A DNA stretch of 63,994 nucleotides, filler included, from Octopus bimaculoides (taxonomy: Eukaryota): assembly GCF_001194135.2 (NCBI RefSeq). It is 5 parts of 5 records of this genome, joined end to end, with 100 filler letters (N's around TTAATTAATTAA, not from the genome) between each part and the next. Parts side by side here need not be neighbours in the genome. Positions count along the whole stretch, not along the records: positions 24,849 to 39,216 come from NC_068987.1; positions 39,317 to 55,533 come from NC_068995.1; 3 more parts are not named here. One strand, given 5' to 3'. Positions within the stretch are counted from its first letter, which is position 1, and the number at the start of each line of letters is the position of its first letter. Both the position numbers and the translations under genes were made by a program. Under the pieces are notes generated by a model that ran no database searches, was not told the origin of the DNA, and saw nothing but the letters and a program-made list of their open reading frames with translations. This document shows positions 37,089-50,015 of the stretch, one piece after another.

Positions 37089-37318
37089 CTGACAAAAAAT
37101 AACAAAGTCAATTTTGTAATTACTTAATACAACACACAATAAATTAATTACTCATGTTTTCGTTTTTTTATGTTATTTATATTCCATGAAGTCTTTTGCC
37201 CTCATATGCATATGTATATACGTATATATGTAAGTATGTACATATACGTATGTATATATGCATATATTTATTATTTATATTATATACATATGTATGTGTG
37301 TGTGTGTAAAGAAGAAAG

Positions 37319-37434
37319 AAAATTCAGAAAATGGAGATGTAGCATTAATATAAATTACTAACTGCAAAAGTCCAATGTTCAATTTTTGCAGTTAATAAAC
37401 TATATTAATGCTACATCTCCATTTTCTGAATTTT
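37319..37434. other. Long near-perfect inverted repeat / hairpin in a CUB-gene intron
   Basis: 37319-37352 pairs perfectly with 37401-37434 (34 bp); a 6x6 internal loop; an 11-bp stem 37359-37369/37384-37394; a 14-nt terminal loop. Confidence 0.9.
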
Positions 37435-38149
37435 TTTTTGAATACTTATTCACCATGATTTATATTCAGACCTATTATTTTATGAATATCACTATTCACA
37501 AAAAATACCAGTAATACATTGGGTATTTTTATCCCTTTATGAGGCTATTTCAACCTCTAATTAAATATATACACGTGAACATGAGCACCAAAGTCTTCGA
37601 TAAAAGAATGAGATTACAAATTACAAATCCATTTTCCTTATAATTCTGAATTCAAATATTGTTCGTCTGAAGGGCGAAAGGATAGTACCTATAACCACCT
37701 CAACTTTGTTTTGCTTTTTTGGAGACTGTAGGTCATACATATTTTAATGTGGTTAATGCGAATGATCGCCAAATAGATTTGCAGGTTAGGGTCGGGAATC
37801 AGGGCAACAAAATAAGTTCAAAGAGTTTGGCGTTCGTAATAATCACAAGTATAGGTTTCATTGAGTGTCATTAAAGAGAGCGTAGGCTGTCAATAATAGT
37901 CACCGAGACATCTTGAATTAGTCGGGGGGAATCAAGCATTGTAAAAGTGCGTTTTGTAATGGGATTAACAACAATTTGGGACTAAAGTATTTATTATCAA
38001 GGCTCAGGAAGTTGTCTTAATTATATGAACAATATAAGGTTGTCATGATAACTGAGATCGTCATCATCGTCGTCACCGTCGTTGTCGTCTATGTAATCAA
38101 ACATGTTCCATTTTGATCCCAATAATTGCTAGCAAATTACATTTTGTTA

Positions 38150-38340
38150 ATTGTGAGAGAAATAGATAATTCCTAATTGTGTCTTCCTTTTTACCACACC
38201 AAGAATGTGGTCTAATTTTCTAACCTTCCATAAATACATACTAATTAGATGTTTGATGTGCCAATGGATGCATATGACGGATTAGAATTATGAATACTTA
38301 TACGGGGCATATATTTTGGATTGTTTACATTCAGAATTCT
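38150..38340 (+). mobile_element. Highly decayed Penelope-like RT fragment
   Basis: FDVPMDAYDGLEL*ILIRGIY resembles FDIPMGAPDSAQVTDLVGIY at ~62960 in this window. Confidence 0.45.
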
Positions 38341-38519
38341 CATATTCGAGAGCTAGAAGATCCAGCAATAAAAGCTTTATTCTTACCCGCAATATAAATT
38401 TGCATGAGATCAGTAGCCTTAAGAAGGAAACGATATTATTGCACTCTTCCAGTGCATGGGCTTGAGGATCGAAACTGAGACGAAACTAAGTAGTGTCAAC
38501 TTTTTTGATATTCTACATC

Positions 38520-39140
38520 AACAGCAAGGGACACAGCAGGCGTTGTGACTGCGTCCGCACGCCAGAGTTCATCCAACAACTGATTAACGGAGCCTTGGGC
38601 TTAATTCAGACGGCTGAAGATTATAGTCAAATCTTGCCTAGAGAGGGTTGATACTGGAAGGTCAAATGTGTGACAGCAGGATTCGACTCCTTGCCATACT
38701 TCCTGAAAGAGTCAGAAGCGGTTGTCGGAGAATGTTTAAAGTTTCAACAATCCCAATTTCTGATTCCTAATTCTCCCGAGTGAGCACGGTTGAGAAAGAC
38801 ACCGCTCTGCTTGCAACTGCTCTGCCTGCAACACCAAGGCCGAGCTGGTGGCCAAGATCAAGGAAGTGTTCGAAGATCTTCCCAGAGATACAGAGGAACG
38901 TATGCGACAGGTTCTGGAGCTGACTTGACGCTGTGGTGCAAGTTCGGTAGGGGAGCTAATTTGAGTAAAGTGTTAACACCCAGTCATAAGCTAGTTGACA
39001 ATTTTTTGATTTTTCGAAATACTTTCATTTTTAATGAGATATTGTTTTCCTTTTCTTTTATATATGTGATGTATTTGCCAAAATGTTTGCAAAGCATTCG
39101 TGTCAATAGAACATGATCACCGCTTTATTTTAGTGAACCC
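38520..39140 (+). mobile_element. Deleted DD37D (maT) Tc1/mariner element
   Basis: QQDSTPCHTS*KSQKRLSEN and SACNTKAELVAKIKEVFEDLPRDT; shares DNA (cgcacgccagagttcatccaacaactgattaac) with 54400-55010. Confidence 0.8.
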
Positions 39141-39170
39141 TCATTTGTCGTCCGCGACGAGAGAATCCGT

Positions 39171-39216
<46 letters not shown>

Positions 39217-39316
39217 NNNNNNNNNNNNNNNNNNNNNNNNNNNNNNNNNNNNNNNNNNNNTTAATTAATTAANNNNNNNNNNNNNNNNNNNNNNNNNNNN
39301 NNNNNNNNNNNNNNNN
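39217..39316. other. Assembly spacer: 44 N + TTAATTAATTAA + 44 N
   Basis: 12-mer at 39261-39272. Confidence 0.9.
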
Positions 39317-39368
<52 letters not shown>

Positions 39369-40324
39369 GCACACACATACGTAATTATACATATATATAT
39401 ATATAAATAGATATGACATTTAAGCTCAATGGTTAATGCAATATTAACCGTACTCTAATCTGATGTCCAAAGTTGATGCCTTCGTCTATATACAAACAGA
39501 AAAATACATCCATTCAATCATACATACATACATACATACATACATACATGCATACATAAATACATAAATACCTACATACCTACATACATACGTACGTACA
39601 CACATATCTGTATATCTAATGTTGTGTGTAAAATTAATTCTCGCCAATAACTACAGGCTTGTTTTTATTTGGTAGTCCAAAGTTATCTGTAATTCTGGAG
39701 ACAAACCTGTATAGCAAAAGGCGTTCCAGATATGATCATCTCACCTATTATTCAGGCAGTATATCTAGGATTATACTATCCATTAAACTATCATAACAGT
39801 GTGGTGCGATATGCGGACGACTTGGCTGCTATTTCTAAATAAACTGAGCTGCTCACGATCGATGGCTTACGGTACAACATCACGAATATATTTTATGTGT
39901 AAACAAGATCTAATCATCTCCCTTCTTTTGTGTTCTTTTGTTTTTCTTCCTAAATCACGCCCCTATTGTTGTAGTAGTGCGTTTGATCATTAAGATAATC
40001 GGCTGAGATAATGTAATTACAATGTAATTATTTAAAGAAGATCTACAGTCCGGGAGTGATGATCTAAATGAGATTGGATGGGTTTGCATATGGCAGCTTG
40101 TTGTTCAGACATTAATTTGGTAAGTAATTTCTTAACGGTGGATTAACAACAAAGACAACGACAAAACTAGGAAGAACAACTGCATCATTAACAACAACAA
40201 CTACATTAACGGCCATAGACATTATACCAAGTCGTATACAGAGCCCCAACTTTAGCCGCTCCAACTGCTAGAAATAATTGCTAGATTTCTTTCCAAGCCC
40301 ACTTCACCGTCTGAAGTAAGGTAA

Positions 40325-40532
40325 TCGTCTCTACTATAGGTACAAGGCCTGAAATTTGAAAGGAGGGCGTTAGTCGATTACATCGACCCAGTACGTAACT
40401 GGTACTTATTTCATCGACTCCGAAAGTAGGCAAAATCGACCTCGGCGGAATTTGAACTCAGAACGTAGCGGTAGCCGAAATATTGCTAAGTATTTCGCCC
40501 GGCGTGCTAACGATTCTGCCAGCCCGCCGCCT
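40325..40532 (-). mobile_element. SINE family A, full length
   Basis: Head gcggcgggctggcagaatcgttagcacgccgggcg on the minus strand; tail aggccttgtacctatagtagag. Confidence 0.88.
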
Positions 40533-40660
40533 TGTCTGATACCTTAGAGAACGCAGTCTTAAATATCCCTTAAAATCGACAGGAGAAACATGACTTGAAT
40601 GTCTTCGATCCCTAGTCTACCGAATCGAACCATGTCAGTGGGGTTAAACAAGAACAACAT

Positions 40661-40724
<64 letters not shown>

Positions 40725-40725
40725 G
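40661..40725. repeat. (CTA)n microsatellite
   Basis: Directly visible. Confidence 0.97.
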
Positions 40726-41151
40726 GTAGCAATTGCAGCAGCAATAACACGAATATGTAACCGTCTTACCGCATTTATTTGTAGTGATAGTTCATAGAAA
40801 GTTCTTAAGGGTTCGATTGTGCGTACATTCGAGTGTTTTACAAGTAAATCATCGTAATCTGGCAGTCATATTTGTCTTATTTTAGTGGTGGTGGTGATGA
40901 TGGTGGCGATGGTGGTGGTTTAGTTCCATTTCAGCGTTGGTTCTGGGAAACTACGAACGAATCTTTCCTCGTCGAGACCAAGTTGTATTTTCCTATGGTA
41001 TATCTCAGGCTTCATTGCTGAATGTGGCCATCCATCTAGAATACTTTAGGGTGTGACTAGATAAAGATTTCAGTTATTTCTACATACAGAGTGACGGAAC
41101 ATAGTGTCTCCTCGTCTGCTTACTGGGTAGTAGCGTAGCTTTTGTCTAATG

Positions 41152-41449
41152 CAGTAGTCCTCAACTGTCTTTTACCTACGGGTCCCATTCGATTACTGTT
41201 TTCTTTTAGTGTACTCTGATCACCACTCAAAGTTTAAAAATTAGTTTGACTTATACTTCTTTCCAAATTCTAATTTAAATTTTCACACATAAAGTGATGT
41301 TGGTTAAACTGCGTAAAAAGTTACAGAAAGAAATGTACCTGTTTCTAGCAATAAACAGATTTAAACTAAACATTATTAATGGACCCAGTTTACTATTTTG
41401 CTTGCGTCGACACTCAAAAATATTATACGACCCCGGTTGGAAAACACTA
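41152..41449. mobile_element. hAT (Charlie-like) MITE
   Basis: TIRs CAGTAGTCCTCAAC / GTTGGAAAACACTA; 8-bp TSD GTCTAATG (41144-41151) versus GTCTAATA (41450-41457). Confidence 0.75.
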
Positions 41450-41949
41450 GTCTAATACAATGTCTATTGTGTTTGCAATAGAGCAGCTGATATCGCAACA
41501 GGCCTCGCTTGACATGGAATTATTCATTACAAATTCTGTTTTAATGTTAGGATTTCTGAAGGTGTACACAAATCCATCTTGGTGCACAAAATCTCGATTT
41601 CCCAGGTCACTGACCCTAGAGAACGACTGCGAAAGAAAAGCATTTTTTTTTTTACGTCTGGCATACCTTGCATAATGCAATTCGATACAATCAACTGCCA
41701 CAACAAAAGTTCATGTGATATACTAAAACTTTCTGACAGGTGTTCTCTCAGCTTGAGTCACAATCCCCTACAATTGTGCAGCGGTACAGATATCCTGCAC
41801 TTTCAATACGCAGGAAAACAACTTGACTTCCTTTCACTGAAGCTCATAACTCTGTAGTGAAATGCAGGAAGTTGAGACCCTTGTTGTTTTACATCATCTC
41901 AGTTCTGGACGAACAAGCCTAAGACCTGATGCCTAACAACCGTGACCAC

Positions 41950-42145
41950 ATGTTTATGGGTTCTGACCCACTGAATGGAGCCTTAGGAAAGTGTCATCTA
42001 CTATAACCTCAGGCCGACTAAAGCCTTGTGAGTAGATCTGGTGGACAGAAACTGAAAGAAGGCTGTCGTGTATACATATATGTGTGTGTGTATGTGAGGG
42101 GAGATGTCTGTGCGTCTCTGTGTATGTTTCTGTCCTCCACCACGG
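41950..42145 (+). mobile_element. SINE family B, 5' half, diverged
   Basis: ggttctgacccactg..ccttaggaaagtgtc..aaagccttgtgagtagatctgg..gaaactgaaagaagg. Confidence 0.75.
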
Positions 42146-42385
42146 CAAGTTTTATGTCAGAGTACTTTTCCCTTAGAAGAACTGACACTCCCTCGGGCTT
42201 GTCAAAAATAATGGGAGTCTTGTCTACCCCTAGGAAATTTACTTAGCTTCTTGATGAGACCCTGAGAAGTACTCTCGTTCCGGGTCAGAACAGAACTGGA
42301 GGTAATGTTAATTAAGCAATGATTCCACCCTCCCGAACGCTGGAGCCTCACCGAAGGATGCAGTCTAGTGGCATACCCAGAACAA

Positions 42386-42434
<49 letters not shown>

Positions 42435-42497
42435 NNNNNNNNNNNNNNNNNNNNNNNNNNNNNNNNNNNNNNNNNNNNNNNNNNNNNNNNNNNNNNN

Positions 42498-42538
<41 letters not shown>

Positions 42539-42540
<2 letters not shown>

Positions 42541-42724
42541 CCAGGAGCGTTGAAAAGTTCCTCTCTTTAGGTAAAAGAAAATACAAGATTAGTTAATTAT
42601 GATTTCATTCAACATATCCCCCTCTAAGATTCCCATACTTACTGTAAAATAATTCGGAATGTTGGGCCTACAACCAGACCTTTCGCAACAACATGAAGGT
42701 CAGGAAATTTTCAGCACCCCATCG
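42539..42724. mobile_element. Mariner-type MITE inserted at TA
   Basis: Left end ..ggagcgttgaaaagttcct versus reverse complement of right end cgatggggtgctgaaaatttcct; TA on both sides. Confidence 0.55.
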
Positions 42725-43512
42725 TATACACACACACACAAACACACCATCACCACCCTTCGTGTTTTTTGTGGCTGTAATTCTTCCGAAAATTATACAA
42801 ATTATACCAAATTTCGATCGAACTGAAGGAGCAACAAAATCTTCAATTCGCTGGATATCGTGTTTTATAAAGTAGAATATATCAGATAAAGAAGCTACAA
42901 GTATGCAAACTGTAAGGAAGGCCACGCTTGGAACAGGTCCGCTAGATGGGGATTATTTCGACCTCTAGAAACATAATCATTAACACTACCAAAAACAACA
43001 GAAAGGGGAAAACGGGAACTTAATAATCGGTCAGAATTGCAGGTAAAGCTCTGACGATATTTGCATTTTCTATATTGCGATCATAACTTTTCTAAACAAA
43101 GCAATCCAGTTACGTTAAAAGAAAAAAACGCAGTGAAACATCGAAATTGTTGAGGTTCTTCAGACGAATAAAGAGAAGAGCAGAGATGTTTGAGAGTATC
43201 GTATCTAGTAGAAGTGCAACATGCATATTGCCAAGAACAACAGGTCATATTTCTCTCCATAACTCAACCCATCTTTATGTTAGAGATGTGCTACAAAAAA
43301 AGAAGAGCTGAATATGTTTAGAACTATAGACGCCACTGAAATTTTCTATGCTAACTGAACTAGTCAATCGTTAACAAAAAGCTTTCTAGTAGATCAAAAC
43401 CGTATTGAGGTTTTCTGGTACGACTTATCCGATCGCATGCAGGCAATTCTTTATACTCACAAACAAAATGCAGAAACAAACGAAGACGCACACATGTGCA
43501 ATGTCAAATACA

Positions 43513-43573
<61 letters not shown>

Positions 43574-43783
43574 NNNNNNNNNNNNNNNNNNNGCACACAC
43601 ACCGGTTCGTGTATGCGAGTGAGTATATGTTCAGTGCGCAAGATTTGAAAGTCTCCTTGCATTCTCTACTGCCAGCTGGTGATCCTCTGAGATGCTTGCT
43701 TGCGCATAGATGCGCACAAACACGTAGTTTATATGTGATATATATATATACATATGAATATATATATATATATACATGCATAC

Positions 43784-43823
<40 letters not shown>

Positions 43824-43887
43824 GAATGCATGCATATATTTATATATGTATATAAATGTGTGTGTATGTGTGTGTGTGTGTGTACGC

Positions 43888-44057
<170 letters not shown>

Positions 44058-44194
44058 GCATACATACATACATAAATACATAGATACACATGCATACATA
44101 CATATATACATATGTACATACATGCATACATACATATATACATACATGCATACATACATACATACATATATACACATATATACACATACACACA

Positions 44195-44225
<31 letters not shown>

Positions 44226-44755
44226 GAGTTACAAGTTTGAGCTCTAACAGTGATGGCTCCCCTCATTAAGCATTCAATGGACAATCCCAATATCTCTCCT
44301 GAGTTCTCTCACACATAGAAACACACACACACACTCGTACGCCTCTATGCATATATGTATATCGATGCTGATCGGCGTTTGGCATAGAAACATATACAAC
44401 GTGACCAAATGTATAAACATATTCCAAATGAAGTATGTTAGATGATTGGATGCACAAATTTACATACAAACATATAGCTAAAACGCTATGTGTGCCTGCA
44501 TGTTACGATGTGCATGTGCATATATATATATGCACAGAAATAACTGTGATCCATACAGCTTTATCTCTTATTGCAAGTGTGTTATGATCATATTAAAACA
44601 TCAATTTATATGAGAAACATAAAGGATATGCGCCCGAGCTGCTATTTCGATCTATCGGTGGAATTTTCGGCTGTGTTTATCTGCCAGTAACTTTCTTAGA
44701 AGGAACCGAAAATCTTGTGTATAATGTAATATGTGTTTATTTTGCATACATTTAC

Positions 44756-44804
44756 GTACACCCGTCCATACCAAAACAAGCACACTCAAGAAATAGTGTT
44801 TCAT
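44756..44804 (-). CDS. Candidate first coding exon (signal peptide) of the CUB-domain gene
   Basis: ATG at 44804-44802 gives MKHYFLSVLVLVWTGV + C, then a phase-1 donor (C|GTAAAT). The phase matches the phase-1 acceptor of exon 36992-37088 (C+AT = His). Basic n-region plus hydrophobic h-region. The donor is non-optimal and no transcript support is visible. Confidence 0.45.
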
Positions 44805-46083
44805 TCTATCGCTGCTTTCTTTTTTTTTTTTTTTTTGACAATTAACATCGTTCATTAAAGATTGTAATCAATTATATGAATCTCTTCATATTGTCTGGTA
44901 ACTAATTTTATCGCTGCCAGAATGAAGATCGAAATAGTCAGGACTTAAAAAGAAACATATTTGACCAAGGTACATTTAATAAGCAGTATGTTTACTGAAT
45001 GCAATGATTTGTCTTTGTCGCGCTCGACACAATATTTAGCCTTGTCACAACGCACACAGAAGACGGAAACAGAGGCTACAATCTTCCCTANNNNNNNNNN
45101 NNNNNNNNNNNNNNNNNNNNNNNNNNNNNNNNNNNNNNNNNNNNNNNNNNNNNNNNNNNNNNNNNNNNNNNNNNNNNNNNNNNNNNNNNNNNNNNNNNNN
45201 NNNNNNNNNNNNNNNNNNNNNNNNNNNNNNNNNNNNNNNNNNNNNNNNNNNNNNNNNNNNNNNNNNNNNNNNNNNNNNNNNNNNNNNNNNNNNNNNNNNN
45301 NNNNNNNNNNNNNNNNNNNNNNNNNNNNNNNNNNNNNNNNNNNNNNNNNNNNNNNNNNNNNNNNNNNNNNNNNNNNNNNNNNNNNNNNNNNNNNNNNNNN
45401 NNNNNNNNNNNNNNNNNNNNNNNNNNNNNNNNNNNNNNNNNNNNNNNNNNNNNNNNNNNNNNNNNNNNNNNNNNNNNNNNNNNNNNNNNNNNNNNNNNNN
45501 NNNNNNNNNNNNNNNNNNNNNNNNNNNNNNNNNNNNNNNNNNNNNNNNNNNNNNNNNNNNNNNNNNNNNNNNNNATATATATATACACACACATGCACAC
45601 CCATGCAGAAGTTGTGTATATATGTACATGATTACACACAAAAATCACACATACACACACAGCAATGAAGAAACTATGGAAGAGGTAAATACGCACACGT
45701 TTGTGTGTGAAAATATAAATACGCCCGGGTGTGAGTGTGTGTGCATAAATATAAAGATACGTATAGAAATATATATATAAAAGAAAGAGAGAGAAAGAGA
45801 GAGAGGGAGACAGGGAGAGACAGTCAGAGAGAGAGAGAGATAGAGAGAAGGAAGACTATTGTAGGTTCGTGCAGAGTTTCTACACACAAACTGTTGCAGA
45901 ATAAGTTTATAACAGCTGAGGAAAGAGAACAATAGTTTTTCAATGAAACATCTATGTTACCATATGTGCAAGTATAACACACGGCTCGTACATCACACTT
46001 ATACACAAAGTTACTCGTACAGACATTTATTGAAGTGTTTCAACTATATATACATATATATATATATATACATATAGATAGAT

Positions 46084-46161
<78 letters not shown>

Positions 46162-46293
46162 TTAAAGCAAATATGTAATTGAAAGCATGCTAAACGTCTC
46201 AAGAAAGAATCCCTTAGTGTAATGTTACAAATTACCATTTTAACTATATTAATAGCGACCGATGTTCTCTTAACATGTAGTGGTTAGGGATGC

Positions 46294-46338
46294 TTGCTAC
46301 TGACGAAGTTAAATTAAGCAGAAATACGTATTTAGCAA
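46294..46338 (+). ncRNA. Minimal hammerhead-like motif, stem II damaged
   Basis: UUGCUA-CUGACGA-A-GUUAAAUUAAGCA-GAAA-UACGUA-UU-UAGCAA: perfect 6-bp stem I, intact core words and palindromic stem III; stem II is offset by an apparent indel. Confidence 0.5.
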
Positions 46339-46894
46339 CGCCATGCTACTGTCTTATTTCCGTACTTTTTAACACTATGCGTCTACAAGTGACCGATGGA
46401 ATAAACACTGGTATTAAAAATATCGGGGTCGATCTGTTCGACCAAATTCCTTGGTGGTAGTTCCCCTGTACGATTGCAGAACAATCACAGCGTGCGTGAG
46501 TGTGTGTGTTTCTGTGTGTGTGCGCGTGCTTGTACATGTGTAAAACTTGCTGCAAGCCATTGTCTTCCGATTGTCTTAAGTCGAGAAATACGGAGTGTCT
46601 TTGGGTACTTTAAAGCCGGCCAATCTCATCCCTGTCCAGGTATAACCTCAAACAAGTTCTTGCAGAAAATACACAAAGGAAAACAGAGAGAAAGGGCTGA
46701 AACGAGTAGTCAGGAGTCTCCTACCATCTCTCTTTACGCACATCGAAATCATAGAAGGAATATGTTTACATTCCTACAGAGTTGTTTAGGACATCTCTCT
46801 GTCTTTCTCATATATGTATATTTTCAAAATGTAACCACATGTAAATCGTTGGAGATTTTCCTTCTCCATCCTCCTTTCTATTGGACTTCCCTCT

Positions 46895-46930
46895 GTTTCT
46901 GAAGAAGCGCGTTGCTCGAAACGTTAATCC
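46895..46930 (+). ncRNA. Minimal hammerhead-like motif in a Penelope-like terminal repeat
   Basis: CUGAAGA-A-GCGC-GUU-GCUC-GAAA-CGUUA with palindromic AACGUU; a related degenerate copy is at 59968-59996; stem I is weak. Confidence 0.45.
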
Positions 46931-48873
46931 ATCTTTCTTTCCTTCCCTGAGCGTCTGCTAGTACTTTACATGTACCACGTCCTCACGTTGTTGTTTTTTT
47001 TGTGTTTGTTTTGTTCACCTTCTTTTTGGGGATTTACTATATATACATATATATATATTCACATATATGCATAGATACACACACACACCATATAGAGTTA
47101 NNNNNNNNNNNNNNNNNNNNNNNNNNNNNNNNNNNNNNNNNNNNNNNNNNNNNNNNNNNNNNNNNNNNNNNNNNNNNNNNNNNNNNNNNNNNNNNNNNNN
47201 NNNNNNNNNNNNNNNNNNNNNNNNNNNNNNNNNNNNNNNNNNNNNNNNNNNNNNNNNNNNNNNNNNNNNNNNNNNNNNNNNNNNNNNNNNNNNNNNNNNN
47301 NNNNNNNNNNNNNNNNNNNNNNNNNNNNNNNNNNNNNNNNNNNNNNNNNNNNNNNNNNNNNNNNNNNNNNNNNNNNNNNNNNNNNNNNNNNNNNNNNNNN
47401 NNNNNNNNNNNNNNNNNNNNNNNNNNNNNNNNNNNNNNNNNNNNNNNNNNNNNNNNNNNNNNNNNNNNNNNNNNNNNNNNNNNNNNNNNNNNNNNNNNNN
47501 NNNNNNNNNNNNNNNNNNNNNNNNNNNNNNNNNNNNNNNNNNNNNNNNNNNNNNNNNNNNNNNNNNNNNNNNNNNNNNNNNNNNNNNNNNNNNNNNNNNN
47601 NNNNNNNNNNNNNNNNNNNNNNNNNNNNNNNNNNNNNNNNNNNNNNNNNNNNNNNNNNNNNNNNNNNNNNNNNNNNNNNNNNNNNNNNNNNNNNNNNNNN
47701 NNNNNNNNNNNNNNNNNNNNNNNNNNNNNNNNNNNNNNNNNNNNNNNNNNNNNNNNNNNNNNNNNNNNNNNNNNNNNNNNNNNNNNNNNNNNNNNNNNNN
47801 NNNNNNNNNNNNNNNNNNNNNNNNNNNNNNNNNNNNNNNNNNNNNNNNNNNNNNNNNNNNNNNNNNNNNNNNNNNNNNNNNNNNNNNNNNNNNNNNNNNN
47901 NNNNNNNNNNNNNNNNNNNNNNNNNNNNNNNNNNNNNNNNNNNNATATATATATAAATTATCGACCGTACATATTCAGTTTATTCTGGTTTGTTTGTTTG
48001 CCGTGTTACAACATTCTGGGATGACTCCCTCTTAGCATTGGGTGTCAGAACACTTGAAGGTCATAGACAGGACAGAGTCATCTCTACATCGCTGTCGCAG
48101 CGAACCAGTGAACAAGCAATACACGTACACTGCGTATGTGCGGTTGATAATTGAATATGTGCGCGTGTGTATGTGTCTGTGCGTGCGTGTATGTGCATGT
48201 GTGTGTGTAATATATATGCATCAACGTATCTGTGTGTGTCAGTATTTGTATTTATCAATGTATGCCTGCATTTCTACAAATATACATGTGCCCAAACGTA
48301 TGGCATGGCTGTCTATAAGCGCGAATGTATGCGTATCTCTCTGGATATATGCTTGCGGCTATGCAGTGATAGCTTCCTTCATACCATTGACTGGACTGCT
48401 CCATCTCAGCGTTGTTATTATCCCAATTGCGAATTTAAATCCCCCACCCCATCCACCCACACTTCTAAACATGATAGCATTTTAATCTTCATCGAGAGGA
48501 TTAGTGCAATTGCATTTTTCCTCATCTCGATAGATTAGTGGAGAATGTGTATATAAGTGTATAACATGTACATGTATGTGTTTATCCGTGTCTATTAATA
48601 TGAGTGTGTGAAACAATTCGCGGTGAATGTTCTGAGTCACAGAGCTCTTTTATTAACCTTGTTTCTTGTAGCATTACCATGCTTAATAAAATTAAAGATT
48701 TTGTTGTTGCTGTTGTAGCTGTTGTTGTCGTCACTGTCGACATAGTAGCAGATGTTGTTGTTGTTGTTGTTGCTGATCCTGCTGTTGCATATTTCCAAGT
48801 CAGACCTAATGTAGTTGAACCACGTTGAAGATATAAATGCATTCCACATTATTCTCTCTGATACTCTTACACC

Positions 48874-49273
48874 CTTTTACTCTTTTACTTGTTTCAGTCA
48901 TTTGACTGCGGCTATGCTGGAGCACCGCCTTTAGTCGAGCAAATCGACCCCGGGACTTATTCTTTGTAAGCCTAGTACTTATTCTATCGCTCTCTTTGGC
49001 CGAACCGCTAAGTGACGGGGGCATAAACACACCAGCATCGGTTGTCAAGCAATGCTAGGGGCACAGACACAGACACACAAACATATACACACACACATAT
49101 ATACATATATACGACGGGATTCTTTCAGTTTCCGTCTACCAAATCCACTCACAAGGCTTTGGTCGGCCCGAGGCTATAGTAGAAACACTTGCTCAAGATG
49201 CCACCCAGTGGGACTGAACCCGGAACTATGTGGTTGGTAAGCAAGCTACTTACCACACAGCCACTCCTGCACC
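48874..49273 (-). mobile_element. SINE family B, full length
   Basis: Complete head-to-tail consensus on the minus strand. Confidence 0.92.
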
Positions 49274-49630
49274 TATGTAAGATTTCTCTGCATAACTTTC
49301 AATGACCACAAATGTATTGCCACACAAGCACTGGTTAATCGCATTGTGACAGAGAGATGTTGGACAGGTACTCTTCTCACTCTCCTACCGACGCTTATAT
49401 TCTTGATGTTGTTCTTTTGATCCAGTATCTCTATGTTTCTATCTAACGTGGTACTGCTGGAACCATTCCATCCTTCTTTTTATGTTTTCAGTTAGGGTCC
49501 ATCAATGATTACAAAATATAAGAAAACTTACTACGTTCTTCGTTTTCTAAGACGGCAGTATTTATTTACTGAGAAATACACATTACATACGCGCACGCTT
49601 GTATCAATGTATAACATTTGACGAATAACT

Positions 49631-50015
49631 GGCGCAGGAGTGGCTGGGTGGTTAAGTAGTTTGCTTACCAACCACATGGTTCCGGGTTGAGTCTCACTGC
49701 GTGGCACCTTGGGCAAGTGTCTTCAACTATAGCCTTGTGAGTGGATTTGGTAGACGGAAACTGAAAAAAGCCCGTCGTATATATGTATATTTATGTGTGT
49801 GTGTGTATATGTTTGTGTGTCTGTGTTTGTCCCCCTAGCATTGATTGGTAACCGATGCTGGAGTGTTTATGTCCCCGTCACTTAATGGTTCGGCAAAAGA
49901 GACCGATAGAATAAGTATTAGGCTTAGAAGGAATAAGTCCTGGTGTCGATTTGCTTGACTAAAGACGGTGCTCGAGCATGGCCGCAGTCAAATGACTGAA
50001 ACAAGTAAAAGAGTA
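49631..50015 (+). mobile_element. SINE family B, full length
   Basis: GGCGCAGGAGTGGCT head, CACCTTGGGCAAGTGTC, tail aatgactgaaacaagtaaaagagta. Confidence 0.92.

Noticed and set aside
40766-40852. Open minus-strand frame ending in a strong donor (GCG|GTAAGA)
   Set aside because: Purine-rich acceptor, phase-0 end incompatible with exon 37088, and no domain similarity.
41447-41701. 84-aa minus ORF and a 28-nt micro-exon-like segment (DCIELHYA)
   Set aside because: Phases do not fit the CUB model, the implied intron would be ~40 nt, and there is no recognisable motif.
48582-48842. Thr-rich ORF resembling a mucin linker
   Set aside because: It derives from a (GTT)n-type microsatellite; no compatible splice sites were found.
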